A DNA stretch of 64,000 bases from Vulcanimicrobiota bacterium (GTDB lineage Bacteria > Vulcanimicrobiota > Vulcanimicrobiia > Vulcanimicrobiales > Vulcanimicrobiaceae): NCBI GenBank assembly GCA_963714015.1, contig OY970223.1:1632001-1696000 (forward strand), read 5' to 3'. The position numbers and the translations under genes are program-made. A model generated the notes under the pieces. The model was not told the origin of the DNA. It was given only the letters and a program-made list of their open reading frames with translations, and did not search any database. Position 1 is the first letter of the stretch. Each line of letters begins with the position of its first letter. Shown in pieces: positions 31,413 to 41,726 of the stretch.

Positions 31413-32540
31413 TTAGAGCCCTGGCCCGATCCGAACCAGATCCGCTACGAAAACGGGACGCCATGCGCTGCCGTCGCTGGAATACTGAATCTCGAAATGA
31501 TGGCTATGCGCTTTGATGTTCGACCAGACATCGCGCATAAACACGATTTTCCCGTTAAGTGTCGTCTGCGAGATCAACTCGCCGCGTCCGTTTTTGAATC
31601 CTCCAATCATCGATGGCTCGAACGCAGCGGTGCTGCTATCCGCGTATGTCTGGCTCCATTGGTGCGACTGGGGATTGTACAGGTAGAGCGTTACGCCTTC
31701 GAAACCGCCTCGGCCGTTACCGGCTTTGATCTCCTCCAGGTAAGCGCGACCGTTCCAAATCTTTCGCAGCGCAACGGTCCCTTCCAGCGTCTCCCATGAG
31801 GGTGAGCCGTGGGTTGGAAAATCGAGTGATTGTATGTGCGTTCTCCATGTCGCATAATTGAAATCGAAGTCATGAGAACGTTGCGCCGTTGAACTCGCCG
31901 CGTTGGACGGAGCGGCGTTGCTCTCACGGGTAAGATGCGCGAGGAAGTTTGGCTCCCAAGTCTTGCCGCCGTCGCCCGAGAACGCTTGTTCAAAATCGTA
32001 AGAATCAGTGGTAATGCCCGAAAATATTTGACGAACCAGGATCATTCTTCCGTTATAGGACTCCTGATCGTAGAACGCGCCTCGGCCGTTCGTGAACTTT
32101 CCGAACATGGGCTGCCCTAGTGTACCTTCGCTGCTGTTTGCGCCGTTCAGACTCCACTGGCCGGACTGCGCGTTGTACATACGCAGGTTCATGATTTCCA
32201 GGTGACTCGGCCCGTAAGCTTCGATTTGCTCGAGATTCGCGAATCCATTCGAAATTTTTCGGGCGGTGACCGTTCCCGCATAAGTGGCCCATTGGTTCGA
32301 ACCGGAAAGTGGGTGAATGAGTCGCTTGATATGCGTGCGCCAGGTGCCCAAACCAAAGTCAAAGTCGTGTTGACCGCTTTTGACTTGAACGGAAGCGGCG
32401 GCCCGGGACGTCATTACGCATACCAGCACCATTAAGAGCATCATCAGTGTTCGCTGCACACGGCAAAGCATGGAATATGTCCTAAAATGCCTTTTGCTCG
32501 GAAGAAGTGTCATGATTGCTTGTCGTACGTTGCGATCCAA
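31413..32540 (-). CDS. Secreted protein with two HDFDF (DUF1579-like) domains
   Basis: Two HDFDF..W..H..QWS copies; signal peptide. Confidence 0.75.
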   Translation of the reverse strand: MDRNVRQAIMTLLPSKRHFRTYSMLCRVQRTLMMLLMVLVCVMTSRAAASVQVKSGQHDFDFGLGTWRTHIKRLIHPLSGSNQWATYAGTVTARKISNGFANLEQIEAYGPSHLEIMNLRMYNAQSGQWSLNGANSSEGTLGQPMFGKFTNGRGAFYDQESYNGRMILVRQIFSGITTDSYDFEQAFSGDGGKTWEPNFLAHLTRESNAAPSNAASSTAQRSHDFDFNYATWRTHIQSLDFPTHGSPSWETLEGTVALRKIWNGRAYLEEIKAGNGRGGFEGVTLYLYNPQSHQWSQTYADSSTAAFEPSMIGGFKNGRGELISQTTLNGKIVFMRDVWSNIKAHSHHFEIQYSSDGSAWRPVFVADLVRIGPGL

Positions 32541-33064
32541 ACCGGAGTCCAGGTCTTGCCTCCGTCAGACGACTGTGAAATCACGTCGCGATATGAGGTG
32601 GTTGAAATCGTCCGCGACACTGCCCGCACGAGCGTGTCATTTCCGTGGGCCTGTTCTCTATCGCAGAAGATCCCCACGCCATGATGAAAGGAGCCTACGA
32701 GTGGAATGCCCAGCAGGCCGTCGACGCTGCTTGCGAACGACAGACTCCACTGCTTTGTGCCGGGGTCGTACAGACGTAGTTGCAAGCCTTCAATACTGCC
32801 CGCGGCGCCTTTTATCTCCAGCACGCCGATGTTTGCCCGACCGTTCCATAATGGGGTCACCCGGTGCGTGCCGGCATAAGCGACCCAATGCGGCGGCCCA
32901 TCCGGCGGCTTCACCAAACGCGAAACGCGCACGTTCCAAGCCCCGAACTCGTAATCGAAGTCGTGGTTGGAGTTTGTCCTTCCCGAGGGCCATGATACGG
33001 CCGTTGCGCTGCCGGCCAAGCTCATCCAAATCAGGGCGGCGGCGAGAACCTGGATATAACGCAT
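32510..33064 (-). CDS. Secreted protein with one HDFDY domain
   Basis: Paralog of the neighbouring gene; signal peptide. Confidence 0.75.
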   Translation of the reverse strand: MRYIQVLAAALIWMSLAGSATAVSWPSGRTNSNHDFDYEFGAWNVRVSRLVKPPDGPPHWVAYAGTHRVTPLWNGRANIGVLEIKGAAGSIEGLQLRLYDPGTKQWSLSFASSVDGLLGIPLVGSFHHGVGIFCDREQAHGNDTLVRAVSRTISTTSYRDVISQSSDGGKTWTPVWIATYDKQS

Positions 33065-33131
33065 GCCCTTATTTTAAATGAAGGACTGGACCGGTGTAAC
33101 GGGCCATTTCTGTTCAATATGAAGGAGCCAC

Positions 33132-34581
33132 TTGAGCTCGAGCCGTTCTTTCCCGATCGCCGTTCCGGCGAGGCGCTCGGGATTCGAGCTGTCTCGGAGG
33201 CTTCGAGCTGCTATCGAGACCGGAGCTCTCCCACCCGGAACAAAGATGCAGAGTACACGCGAACTGGCAAGGCGGCTCGGGCTCGGCCGTAACACGGTAG
33301 CAATCGCGTTCGAGCAACTTATCGCGGAGGGCTACCTTTTGGCGCGCGTGGGGTCCGGTACGTTCGTAGCGCGTTCAACCAATCGACAACCTTTGAAGAC
33401 TCGCAGGAGCGGAGCAGTAAGACACGAGCGAGCCGAACGACTTGCGGGACTGCGATCGCACTTTGACGCCGCGTTGGGTAGCGGTCCGTTGCGTCCCGGA
33501 ATGCCGGCGCTCGAACTCTTTCCGTCAAACGTCTGGAAACGATGTGCCAGACGCGCGCTAAACGTCTACGATGAAGATCTCGGATATACCGCGGCCTCCG
33601 GTTCACAGTCTTTACGCGAAGCAATCGCGCTTCACGTCACGCAATTTCGTGGTATAAGCGCCCAGCCCGAGCAAGTCGTCATTGTCGAAGGTGCCCAAGC
33701 GGCGCTTCACCTGGCGTGCACGGTTTTATCTAGAACCGGGGATACCGTCGTACTGGAAGATCCATCGTATGCACTCGCGCGAGCCGCGTTCGAGTTGCAT
33801 GGATTAAAGCTTCATCCGGTTCTGGTGGATCGTGAAGGAGTCCGCACCGACCGCCTTCCAAGCAACGCGCAACTTGCGTTCGTAACCCCGACACACCAAT
33901 TTCCGCTGGGCGGCACACTTCCCATTTCACGCCGACTCGAATTGATCGCTTGGGCAGAAAAACGGAACGTTTATATCCTCGAAGACGACTACGACAGCGA
34001 ATTCACCTCCCGCATCCGTCCATTGCCCGCACTGCAAAGTCTCGATCGCAACGGCCGCGTCCTCTATATCGGAAGTTTTAGCAAAACGTTGGCGCCCGGG
34101 ATAAGGGCGGGCTATCTTATCGTACCACCTCATTTGGCGAACGCTTTTCGCGCCGCGCGCGCCAGCAGCAGTCTTGGGTTTGTCAATTCATCTTCAGGAA
34201 ACGCTTTCATTATTTATTCGAGAAGGCCACTTCGCGCGTCACTTGCGTCGCATGCACGCCGCTTACGAAGTGCGCCGGCGGGCACTTTGCGAGGGCCTGG
34301 AACCCCTATGCCGCGACGCATTTGAGCTGGGCCCGATGGGAGTGGGCCTGCACGTCGCTTTGATCGGGCGCCCGCCGTTTCCGGATCGGGATCTCTCGCG
34401 AACAAGCGACCATCAACGGTTGATTCCGCTTTCGCCGCTGTGCATCAATAGGCGCGATTGCTTTGGATTCGTCCTGGGCTTTACCAATGGGACGAGCGAA
34501 CAAATTCGTCGCTCCGCGATGCATTTGGCGGCCGACCTGTCGCTCAAGCCGCGAAGCAGGCCGGCCAAACCACGCCGTTAG
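33132..34581 (+). CDS. MocR/PdxR PLP-dependent GntR regulator, frameshifted near 34175
   Basis: wHTH; TPTHQFPLG; EDDYDSEF; GSFSKTL. Confidence 0.92.
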
Positions 34582-34596
34582 TGTGGATAGGAACGA

Positions 34597-35838
34597 TCAA
34601 ATGCCGAGCGGATATGCCTCTTCGCCGTGCAATTCGATGTCCAATCCACGTTCTTCGGTTGCGCTGTCGACTTTCGTCAGCGTTACGCGACTAATCAGCC
34701 AGAGCATTCCATACGTGAATACGAACGCCCATGCGCTGCAAAAGACAGCGGCGGCGACCTGTTTGCCGAAGAAGGCTGTGCCGCCGAACAACAAACCATT
34801 CGCGCCGGCGGGATTCCACGCGGTGGTTGCAAAGACGCCGAGCAACACGATGCCCAGTACGCCTCCGACTCCGTGCACACCCCATACGTCGAGTGCGTCG
34901 TCCCAGCGCAGGCGATTCTTCAGCGCTACTGCGTAGTAGCAAACCGCGCCCGCCAGTAAACCGAACAATATCGCAGCGATTGGCGAAACATAACCCGCGG
35001 CGGGAGTAATCGTGGCAAGACCCGCAACAGCGCCGGTGAGCAAACCAACGAACTTCGGCTGTCTGCCGCGCGCCCATTCAATCAGAAGCCAGGCAACGGC
35101 TGCAAATGATGCGGCAATATCAGTGTTCAGAAATGCCGCGGCGGTGACGGCGTCGACGCGCAGCTCCGAGCCCGCGTTGAATCCGTACCAGCCGAACCAG
35201 AGCAACCCGGTGCCTAAAGCGATCAGCGGAACGTTGTGCGGTTTTTCATCGACCACGTGCCGCCGCCCGATAAAGAGTACAGATGCGAGTGCAGCGAATC
35301 CGGCGGACGCATGCACCACCAGGCCGCCCGCGAAATCGAGTACGCCCCATTTCGCCAGCGCGCCGTCAGGGCTCCAAAGCATGTGCACGAATGGAAAATA
35401 GACGAAGAGCAACCAGCCCGTAAGGAAAAGAAAATACGCCTTGAATGTGACGCGGTTCGCAAACGCTCCGGTAATGAGGGCGGGCGTAATAATCGCGAAC
35501 ATCATTTGATATGCGATGTGCACGACGAGCGGAATGCCCGCATCGTTGCCCATGAACATAGTGTGCAGCGTGACGCCGCGCAAAAAAAAGTATTGCATCG
35601 GGTTGCCCACAATGCCGTGCCAGTCGGCGCCGAAACACATGGAATAGCCAACGATCACCCAGACCACAGTGGTCCACCCTAACGACATGAAACTCTGAAT
35701 CATGATGGTTAGGACATTCTTGCGGCTGACCAATCCGCCATAAAAAAACGCGAGTCCGGGCGTCATCAACATGACGAGGCTCGCGCAGATTAGCATGAAC
35801 GCAGTGTTTCCGATGTTGAGTGGAACCGGATGAGTCAC
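34597..35838 (-). CDS. amtB: Ammonium transporter
   Basis: MTPGLAFFYGG, DFAGGLVVH, WFGWYGFN, DDALDVWGVHG. Confidence 0.96.
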   Translation of the reverse strand: MTHPVPLNIGNTAFMLICASLVMLMTPGLAFFYGGLVSRKNVLTIMIQSFMSLGWTTVVWVIVGYSMCFGADWHGIVGNPMQYFFLRGVTLHTMFMGNDAGIPLVVHIAYQMMFAIITPALITGAFANRVTFKAYFLFLTGWLLFVYFPFVHMLWSPDGALAKWGVLDFAGGLVVHASAGFAALASVLFIGRRHVVDEKPHNVPLIALGTGLLWFGWYGFNAGSELRVDAVTAAAFLNTDIAASFAAVAWLLIEWARGRQPKFVGLLTGAVAGLATITPAAGYVSPIAAILFGLLAGAVCYYAVALKNRLRWDDALDVWGVHGVGGVLGIVLLGVFATTAWNPAGANGLLFGGTAFFGKQVAAAVFCSAWAFVFTYGMLWLISRVTLTKVDSATEERGLDIELHGEEAYPLGI

Positions 35839-35923
35839 GGCTGTCCCTCCTTCGGGCGAACCTAGCATTCCTTAGGCAGGCTGCTCGAATGTTCCGCTTC
35901 CGAGCCGGCCTCACGAGCCCGAC

Positions 35924-36080
35924 ATGGATGGGATCTTCATCGAGTACTGCAACGCCGAGCGGCCGGACTCAGCACTTGACGGACGTTCGCCCGAGGCGGC
36001 ATACTTCACAACGCCGGCTTTTTTCGCCTAACTGCGCGCGTCACTTAATGTCCGCAGCTCGGCAATTCGGAGGCACCTCT
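35924..36080 (+). mobile_element. IS3-family remnant (transposase C-terminus plus right end)
   Basis: 35924-36031 reads FIEYCNAERPDSALDGRSPEAAYF*, then CACTTAA..GGAGGCACCTCT. Confidence 0.65.
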
Positions 36081-36101
36081 AAGTGCATCCGTAGGGGCTA
36101 T

Positions 36102-36521
36102 ATGCTAATCTCTATCATCCTGGGTTACTTACTAAGCGGCGAACTTTTCGCGCATGAGGATTTATGCTTGATTCCCTCGCCCCCGCCCTTGTCGACCTTA
36201 CATACGCGATCCGAATGGGCGAATGCCAGTGACATCCAGGTGAAGGCCGCCGTAGCGTTCATGCGGTGCTCTTTGCATCGAAAATCTCGGGTCCTGGAAC
36301 TAACCGATCTTGCCCGAAGCGAGTCGGCCTTCGTTATGGCAGCTATAATATCTCACAAAATCGGTGACATAAAAAAGGCAAAAGAGTACCTTAGCATTGC
36401 GTACTCGACGCACAAGAACCTCAAAGAGCAAGGCGCCCTGCCCTCGCAGGTCGAGGAAATTATGAGCGATGAGTTACCGCTTATTAAAGACGCCCAACGA
36501 GGAGATTGGCCAATACTGTAA
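36102..36521 (+). CDS. Secreted hypothetical protein
   Basis: Signal-like N-terminus; lower GC. Confidence 0.5.
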   Translation: MLISIILGYLLSGELFAHEDLCLIPSPPPLSTLHTRSEWANASDIQVKAAVAFMRCSLHRKSRVLELTDLARSESAFVMAAIISHKIGDIKKAKEYLSIAYSTHKNLKEQGALPSQVEEIMSDELPLIKDAQRGDWPIL

Positions 36522-36765
36522 CTTGGCGTCGTATCTGCTCCGGCGTAGTCGAGCTCCCATGGTATCTGGCGTTTTGGAGCGTAAACCATCCGAAACGGCA
36601 TTCGCCGGATGAATCGGAATCGCGTAACGTGCTGCACACGTGCGCCGAATTCGCTATAATGGCAGCATGCTTTGCTTGATCGATCGGAACTTGCATGACG
36701 AACCCGGCGCGTGAAGCGCAAAACGATACTCTTCGCGTAGAGTTTGACCGCCGCGTGACGGGCCG

Positions 36766-37233
36766 ATGAAGGTGATAGCAGTGCTCCTCTGCAGCGCATC
36801 GCTCGCGGCATGCGCCCCCAATGCTCCCGCGGGCGGCTGCGGCACGCCGGCGATCCCATCGATGTTGCTCGTATATCCGATAAACGCCGCGACCGCCGTT
36901 CCGGACTCCACTAACGCGATCATCGTCGCGATCGAGAGCAGCAGCACCCAAGGCGCGAGCGTGACCTTGTCGCCGGTGCCGAGTTTGCAGCCGGGCAGCA
37001 TGTTCACGGCAGCACCCTCGCCGCTTCCCTCGCCGTATGCAGCGCCGCCGACGCCACCGCCCGGTTCTACGGGAACACCCCTTCCATGGAATTTTTACGC
37101 CGTTCCCGTGGGTGCGCTGACGCGCGGTACTCTGTACACCGTGAGCTATACGTATACGTTCAATTTTACACCCACGCCGGGAGAGTGCTCCAACAAAGTT
37201 ACGCTGTCTCTCGGAACTTTCACGACGAAGTGA
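36766..37233 (+). CDS. Hypothetical lipoprotein
   Basis: LAAC lipobox, Pro-rich. Confidence 0.7.
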   Translation: MKVIAVLLCSASLAACAPNAPAGGCGTPAIPSMLLVYPINAATAVPDSTNAIIVAIESSSTQGASVTLSPVPSLQPGSMFTAAPSPLPSPYAAPPTPPPGSTGTPLPWNFYAVPVGALTRGTLYTVSYTYTFNFTPTPGECSNKVTLSLGTFTTK

Positions 37234-37281
37234 GATGGAGTTCAGATTATGTGCGGCGTGTCGAATACGCGGCGGTCTGCG

Positions 37282-37827
37282 GTGAAAAAAGTTCTTGTCA
37301 CGATTGTAACGACTTGCGTTTCTTTAGTGGTTATTACCGGCATGCCGAGCCTTTCGGCGGCGGAGCAGGGAAAAACATCAGTGCCGGTTCAGAATCGAAG
37401 AATTGCTTCGTCGATCTATGAAATGCGGCTCGACCCAGGTCTTAGCCATTACTGGCTTACGGTTCACACCGGTGGCTGTTACGCCTCAACTCCTGTCACC
37501 GTCGGGAAAAATTCAACGCGTCACCTCGTTTCAGTACCGGGGCCCTTTGAGGTTTTCGCATACCACGGAGAGAGCTGGCTATTTGGCAGAGTGCCTCCCG
37601 GCATCGGAGTGATCATGCTCAGGGACCCTCAATCGGGCCATCCAATGAGCGATGGATTTATTGACGACGGTTACTACTACTTCGAGTTATTGCCCCCGGG
37701 TCAGTACCGTTTGAGTTTTGAGGCGGCCGGCCGTACCTTCGAACTTCCGGTCAAAGTGATACGCGGCGGGACCGAGGTCGACATAGGCGTTAAAGTGCTT
37801 AGGAATCTTCTGCCGCCCGGTCAATAG
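37282..37827 (+). CDS. Secreted protein with carboxypeptidase-regulatory-like beta domain
   Basis: DDGYYYFELLPPGQYRLSF. Confidence 0.55.
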   Translation: MKKVLVTIVTTCVSLVVITGMPSLSAAEQGKTSVPVQNRRIASSIYEMRLDPGLSHYWLTVHTGGCYASTPVTVGKNSTRHLVSVPGPFEVFAYHGESWLFGRVPPGIGVIMLRDPQSGHPMSDGFIDDGYYYFELLPPGQYRLSFEAAGRTFELPVKVIRGGTEVDIGVKVLRNLLPPGQ

Positions 37828-37914
37828 TCTAGACGACACCGTAAGAGGCGCAGATGACGGCGCTTAAAATCCCGGCAAGAATTTGCAAATGCCGCCGCAG
37901 CCCGTGCCTAGAAG

Positions 37915-38388
37915 ATGTGGTGGATGAAATGTGCCGTCGCGTTCACGATCGTAGGACTCTTACTGCTTCCGGCGGCGGTCCGCGGCGCTTCCCAAGAACC
38001 GGCCAAAGCACAGGTTCTCGCGCGTGAGTCGCTGTGGGTTCATGCGGTAGCTTCCCACGACCCTCGAACGCTGTCGGCGATTCTCGACGACGGCTTCGTG
38101 CATATAAACTATCAAGGCCATGCGGAGGGCAAGGCGGCAATGTTGGCGAGGATCCATTCGCGCGTGCCGTTCGAGCAGCACACGAGCGGGCAGTCCGTCA
38201 CGTTGGAAGGCCCGGTAGCTATCGTGCACGGCCTGAACACGATCGCTGAAAACGGCCGCGTCATTTTGATGCTGTGCTACACCGACGTATACGTGAAACG
38301 CGGAGCGACATGGAAGGCCATCTCAGCGCAAGAAACGGCGGTAAGCTCAGCGAGCGCCGCTTCGGGCTCGGTCCCAACGCACCGTTAA
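37915..38388 (+). CDS. NTF2-like (DUF4440) secreted protein
   Basis: ILDDGFVHI..G..K; TDVYVKRGATWK. Confidence 0.8.
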   Translation: MWWMKCAVAFTIVGLLLLPAAVRGASQEPAKAQVLARESLWVHAVASHDPRTLSAILDDGFVHINYQGHAEGKAAMLARIHSRVPFEQHTSGQSVTLEGPVAIVHGLNTIAENGRVILMLCYTDVYVKRGATWKAISAQETAVSSASAASGSVPTHR

Positions 38389-39666
38389 GACGGCGACGTC
38401 ATCTTCATGGCGCGCCGAATCGATGACGCGCTCGCGTATCGCATGCGCCGGATGCAGTGCTTCCCGCACCTCTCGCCTGCCGATTGCGTCATGGAGGCGC
38501 GACCACGCTTCGGGAATGTCGCGATTCCATTCGAGCAGGCCGTCCGTAAAGAACGCAATGAATGAGCCGGTCTTGAGCGTCATTACTTGAGCGGTTTTGG
38601 CAACCGGTCCAAAGTTTCGCAGGCCCAGGGGCAAGCCGCGCTCGCTGAAAGGATCGATTACTTCCCCGGCTCGGTCCCAAACAAGTGGGCCCGGGTGTCC
38701 TGCCGAGGCACATGCCAGCGTCTCGTGACCGCAATCGATCAAGGCAACTAGAGCAGTCGTAAACTCTTCACGCGATTCGGTTTGCAGCATTTGATCGGCG
38801 ACTTCGAGTGCATTTGCAGGATCGGGTTCGCTAAAGAGCGCAGCGCGCAATCCGTTCCGCAGGCGGCTCATCCAGATCGCGGCATCTATTCCGTGCCCGA
38901 GCACGTCGCCAATCGTCATGGCGATGCGGCCGTCGGCCAGTTCGAACGCATCGTACCAATCGCCGCCGACGAGCAAGTTCTCTGACGAAGGTTCGTAAAA
39001 TGCATCGAAACTGATTCCCGCAGGCGCCGGTAATCGCTCCGGAAGTGCGGCTTTCTGGTACACGGTCGCGATGTGTAAGGTCTGTTCGTAGAGCCTTGCC
39101 TTGGCGATGGCGGTAGCGCACCTGCGGGCTAAGTCTTCAACGAATCGGACGGATTCCTCATCGTAACGTTCCTCGCTTGGATCGGTACGAATGAGGCTGA
39201 GTGTTCCGATTCGCCCTTGCGTAGCCGAGACGATAGGCGCGACGATAATCGACCGGTAGCGCATGCGCCGCATGTACTGCTCGTGCTCGGCGCTTACCGA
39301 ATGAGAGCGCAGGTAGTCGTCGTCGACGTTCTGCACCAAAATCGGCCGGCCGCTCCCAAGCGCGACGATTACCGGATGCGTTGCCTGACGGGTCCGCTGG
39401 CGAAGAAAAATTCCGGCCGCCTGAACGTCCGGTGTTAATTCCGGATTCGAGTGTGCGGCGGCCGCAAGATAGAGATTTCCGTCGTCGTCCTTGAGATCCA
39501 GAATGCAAATGTCGGCCACGGTTTCCACAGCCGCCGCGCATACGCCGGTGATTGTTTGATGCCAGTCGAGCGTCCCACCCAAGACCTCGCCCGCTCGCAA
39601 CAGTAGTTGCAAGTACCGGTGTTCGCGTTGTAACCGGCCGAGCGGAATCGGCGCCGGGTTTTGCAT
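38347..39666 (-). CDS. GAF + SpoIIE/PP2C phosphatase
   Basis: VGGDWYD, IGDVLGHG, FTDGL, DDVAVL. Confidence 0.93.
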   Translation of the reverse strand: MQNPAPIPLGRLQREHRYLQLLLRAGEVLGGTLDWHQTITGVCAAAVETVADICILDLKDDDGNLYLAAAAHSNPELTPDVQAAGIFLRQRTRQATHPVIVALGSGRPILVQNVDDDYLRSHSVSAEHEQYMRRMRYRSIIVAPIVSATQGRIGTLSLIRTDPSEERYDEESVRFVEDLARRCATAIAKARLYEQTLHIATVYQKAALPERLPAPAGISFDAFYEPSSENLLVGGDWYDAFELADGRIAMTIGDVLGHGIDAAIWMSRLRNGLRAALFSEPDPANALEVADQMLQTESREEFTTALVALIDCGHETLACASAGHPGPLVWDRAGEVIDPFSERGLPLGLRNFGPVAKTAQVMTLKTGSFIAFFTDGLLEWNRDIPEAWSRLHDAIGRREVREALHPAHAIRERVIDSARHEDDVAVLTVRWDRARSGAR

Positions 39667-39844
39667 GGGGGTACTTTTCCCAGGCGAGCCCCTTCTAGAA
39701 CCCCCACAGACAATTGACTTAAGGCAACATCATTCCGCACAAGTCTTCGGCTGCCAAGCAAGTGGACGGCCGGACGCGTTAGGCCCCTCTGCAGACTCGG
39801 GTACGTTCTACGTGGGGAATGCCAATCAAAGGAGGCCTCTCACC

Positions 39845-40264
39845 TTGAAATTCTTGTTTTCCGTCTTAATAACGTCGTGCCTGGCAATGAGCGCTTTGCC
39901 CGCATCCGCGCAAATGGTCCCGGGATCTTATCCGAATTGCGGATACTGGCAAAATGGCGTATGGGTCGGCAACGGTACGTGCAACAGCAACCCAAGGTGC
40001 GGTTCGATGCAGGGCGGCGTTTGGGTGCCGAACGGCAACTGCCCCGATCGCCGAGGCATGATCGGCGGCCGCGCGCGAGTCATCGGTACGATTACGAGCG
40101 TCAACGGGCATTTGGTCACGGTGCAGCAATCGCGCGGTACCGTCACAATCGACGACACGCGAGCACTCAACCGGCAAACCACAGGCCGAGTTGCGGTAGG
40201 AAGGCAGATCGTTGCATTCGGGCGCTGGCGCAACGGGACGTTCTACGCAACGCGCATAGAATAA
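39845..40264 (+). CDS. Secreted protein with two Cys-hairpin repeats and an OB-like domain
   Basis: GGAGG + TTG; CGYWQNGVWVGNGTC / CGSMQGGVWVPNGNC. Confidence 0.75.
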   Translation: MKFLFSVLITSCLAMSALPASAQMVPGSYPNCGYWQNGVWVGNGTCNSNPRCGSMQGGVWVPNGNCPDRRGMIGGRARVIGTITSVNGHLVTVQQSRGTVTIDDTRALNRQTTGRVAVGRQIVAFGRWRNGTFYATRIE

Positions 40265-40278
40265 CGAAATAAACAAAG

Positions 40279-40308
40279 AGAGGCCCGGCAATTTCGCCGG
40301 GCTTCTTC
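40279..40308. terminator. Intrinsic terminator
   Basis: GCCCGGC-aatttc-GCCGGGC followed by TTCTT. Confidence 0.6.
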
Positions 40309-40332
40309 GTAAGAGCGAGCGAGATCGGCCGT

Positions 40333-40677
40333 TCAAGCTTCGCTGACGGCCGTGGAGTCTTGGGCCTTTGCATCAACGCTCGGGGCTGCCGAAATAATGG
40401 TAATACTCTTCGCGAGTCCGGCAATCTCGAAGATGCGGCGTGCGGACGGCTCGGCAATGACGACGATGTTCAGCGGATCGCCGCCCGCTTCAGCGTACAG
40501 GCGGCGGTAGCGCATAAAGATGCCCAGAATGGAAGAGTCGATAAGTTCGACCCCCGAGCAGTCGATTAAGACGCGAACGGCAGGACTCGGCGGAGGCAGG
40601 TTCGCGGCAATCTCGTCTTTTCGGTAGACGTCCAAGTCACCCCGGAAGGTGACGCGCACCGTGGGCTCTTCGTTCAC
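40333..40677 (-). CDS. STAS anti-sigma-factor antagonist
   Basis: GDLDV..IDCSGVELIDSS..RIFEIAGL. Confidence 0.88.
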   Translation of the reverse strand: MNEEPTVRVTFRGDLDVYRKDEIAANLPPPSPAVRVLIDCSGVELIDSSILGIFMRYRRLYAEAGGDPLNIVVIAEPSARRIFEIAGLAKSITIISAAPSVDAKAQDSTAVSEA

Positions 40678-40731
40678 ACTTCGTTCATCCAGGCACAGCA
40701 AAAAGGGCGGCCGGCGAGCCGCTCGTCGAAT

Positions 40732-40757
40732 ATACCCGCCCTGAACCCTCAATAAAC
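40732..40757 (-). promoter_or_regulatory. SigB/SigF-type promoter
   Basis: GTTT-N16-GGGTAT on the minus strand. Confidence 0.6.
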
Positions 40758-40791
40758 TGGTGGGTGCCGGCACTCGAGAGCCGCGCCGGAA

Positions 40792-41625
40792 CTAGGCGGC
40801 TGCGAGCCTCGAAGGCGTGCCGGCGGCGTACCGTTTCGACGTCAACGCTATGATTATGGCAACAGCCGACATGAGAACGGCAAAGTCGATGAACCCGCGC
40901 TGATCGCCGTGATTCCGCTCGACCACCGCGTAAAGGTTGAACGCGAGGTTACTCGACGTATGAAACAAGAGCGTGGTAAAGATGCTCTTGCGGGTCGATT
41001 CGTACCCCCACGTGTAAATGACGCGCTGTGAAATCGTGAAGATCAGGAAGACTCCGAACGGCATATACGATTGCGTCAAACCTGGGATGAAAAATAGCGG
41101 AAGGTGCCAGCACCCCCAGATGGCACCAAGCAAAACGGCAGCAGTCAACGGATTGCGGCGCTGTTCCAGGGCGTCGATCGCATAGGCCCAGCCGAACTCT
41201 TCACCGCACGAGCCGCCTATAAAAAATAACATGACATAGAGCATTGGAAGATGCCCGAACGAGACGGTCCAAGCAAAAGCCGAACCCGCCTGCGCGGCGT
41301 GAAGCAGCGCAGCTGCCAGACCGACGAGCGGAATCAGAAAAAACGCGGCGAGCAAGTACCGCGCTCCGACTCTCAAACGGACCGCTCGCAACGCGAAGCT
41401 TTTCATTGCGGGCCAGCCGCCCTGAATTCCAAGCGTCGCGAAGGCCGCCACAAACGGTCCGAACGATCCGATGACAAGCACCCAAAACATCAGGCCCTGT
41501 GCCAGGTGGAAAGCACTCCTGGAGGCTAACACTGCAACGATCCACGGACACCACGAAAAAGCAAAGCAGATCGTAAAATACAAGGCCGGCCGTAAGCGCC
41601 CAGCCTGCTCGCTCGGGTAGTTCAT
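40792..41625 (-). CDS. CPBP (CAAX/Abi) intramembrane protease
   Basis: GEEFGW, WGCWHLP, FHTSSN. Confidence 0.9.
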   Translation of the reverse strand: MNYPSEQAGRLRPALYFTICFAFSWCPWIVAVLASRSAFHLAQGLMFWVLVIGSFGPFVAAFATLGIQGGWPAMKSFALRAVRLRVGARYLLAAFFLIPLVGLAAALLHAAQAGSAFAWTVSFGHLPMLYVMLFFIGGSCGEEFGWAYAIDALEQRRNPLTAAVLLGAIWGCWHLPLFFIPGLTQSYMPFGVFLIFTISQRVIYTWGYESTRKSIFTTLLFHTSSNLAFNLYAVVERNHGDQRGFIDFAVLMSAVAIIIALTSKRYAAGTPSRLAAA

Positions 41626-41726
41626 ACGCTACCTATACAATGCAAGCGCCGCCTATGTTTCGAAGCGCAAAAGCCGGCCCGTCGCGCAGGCAGCTCTGCA
41701 TGCGAAAGCGTAACGTCCAAATCCAA

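Noticed and set aside
35839..36000. Known glnA or c-di-AMP riboswitch upstream of amt
   Set aside because: Consensus cores are absent, and much of the stretch is an IS3 coding remnant
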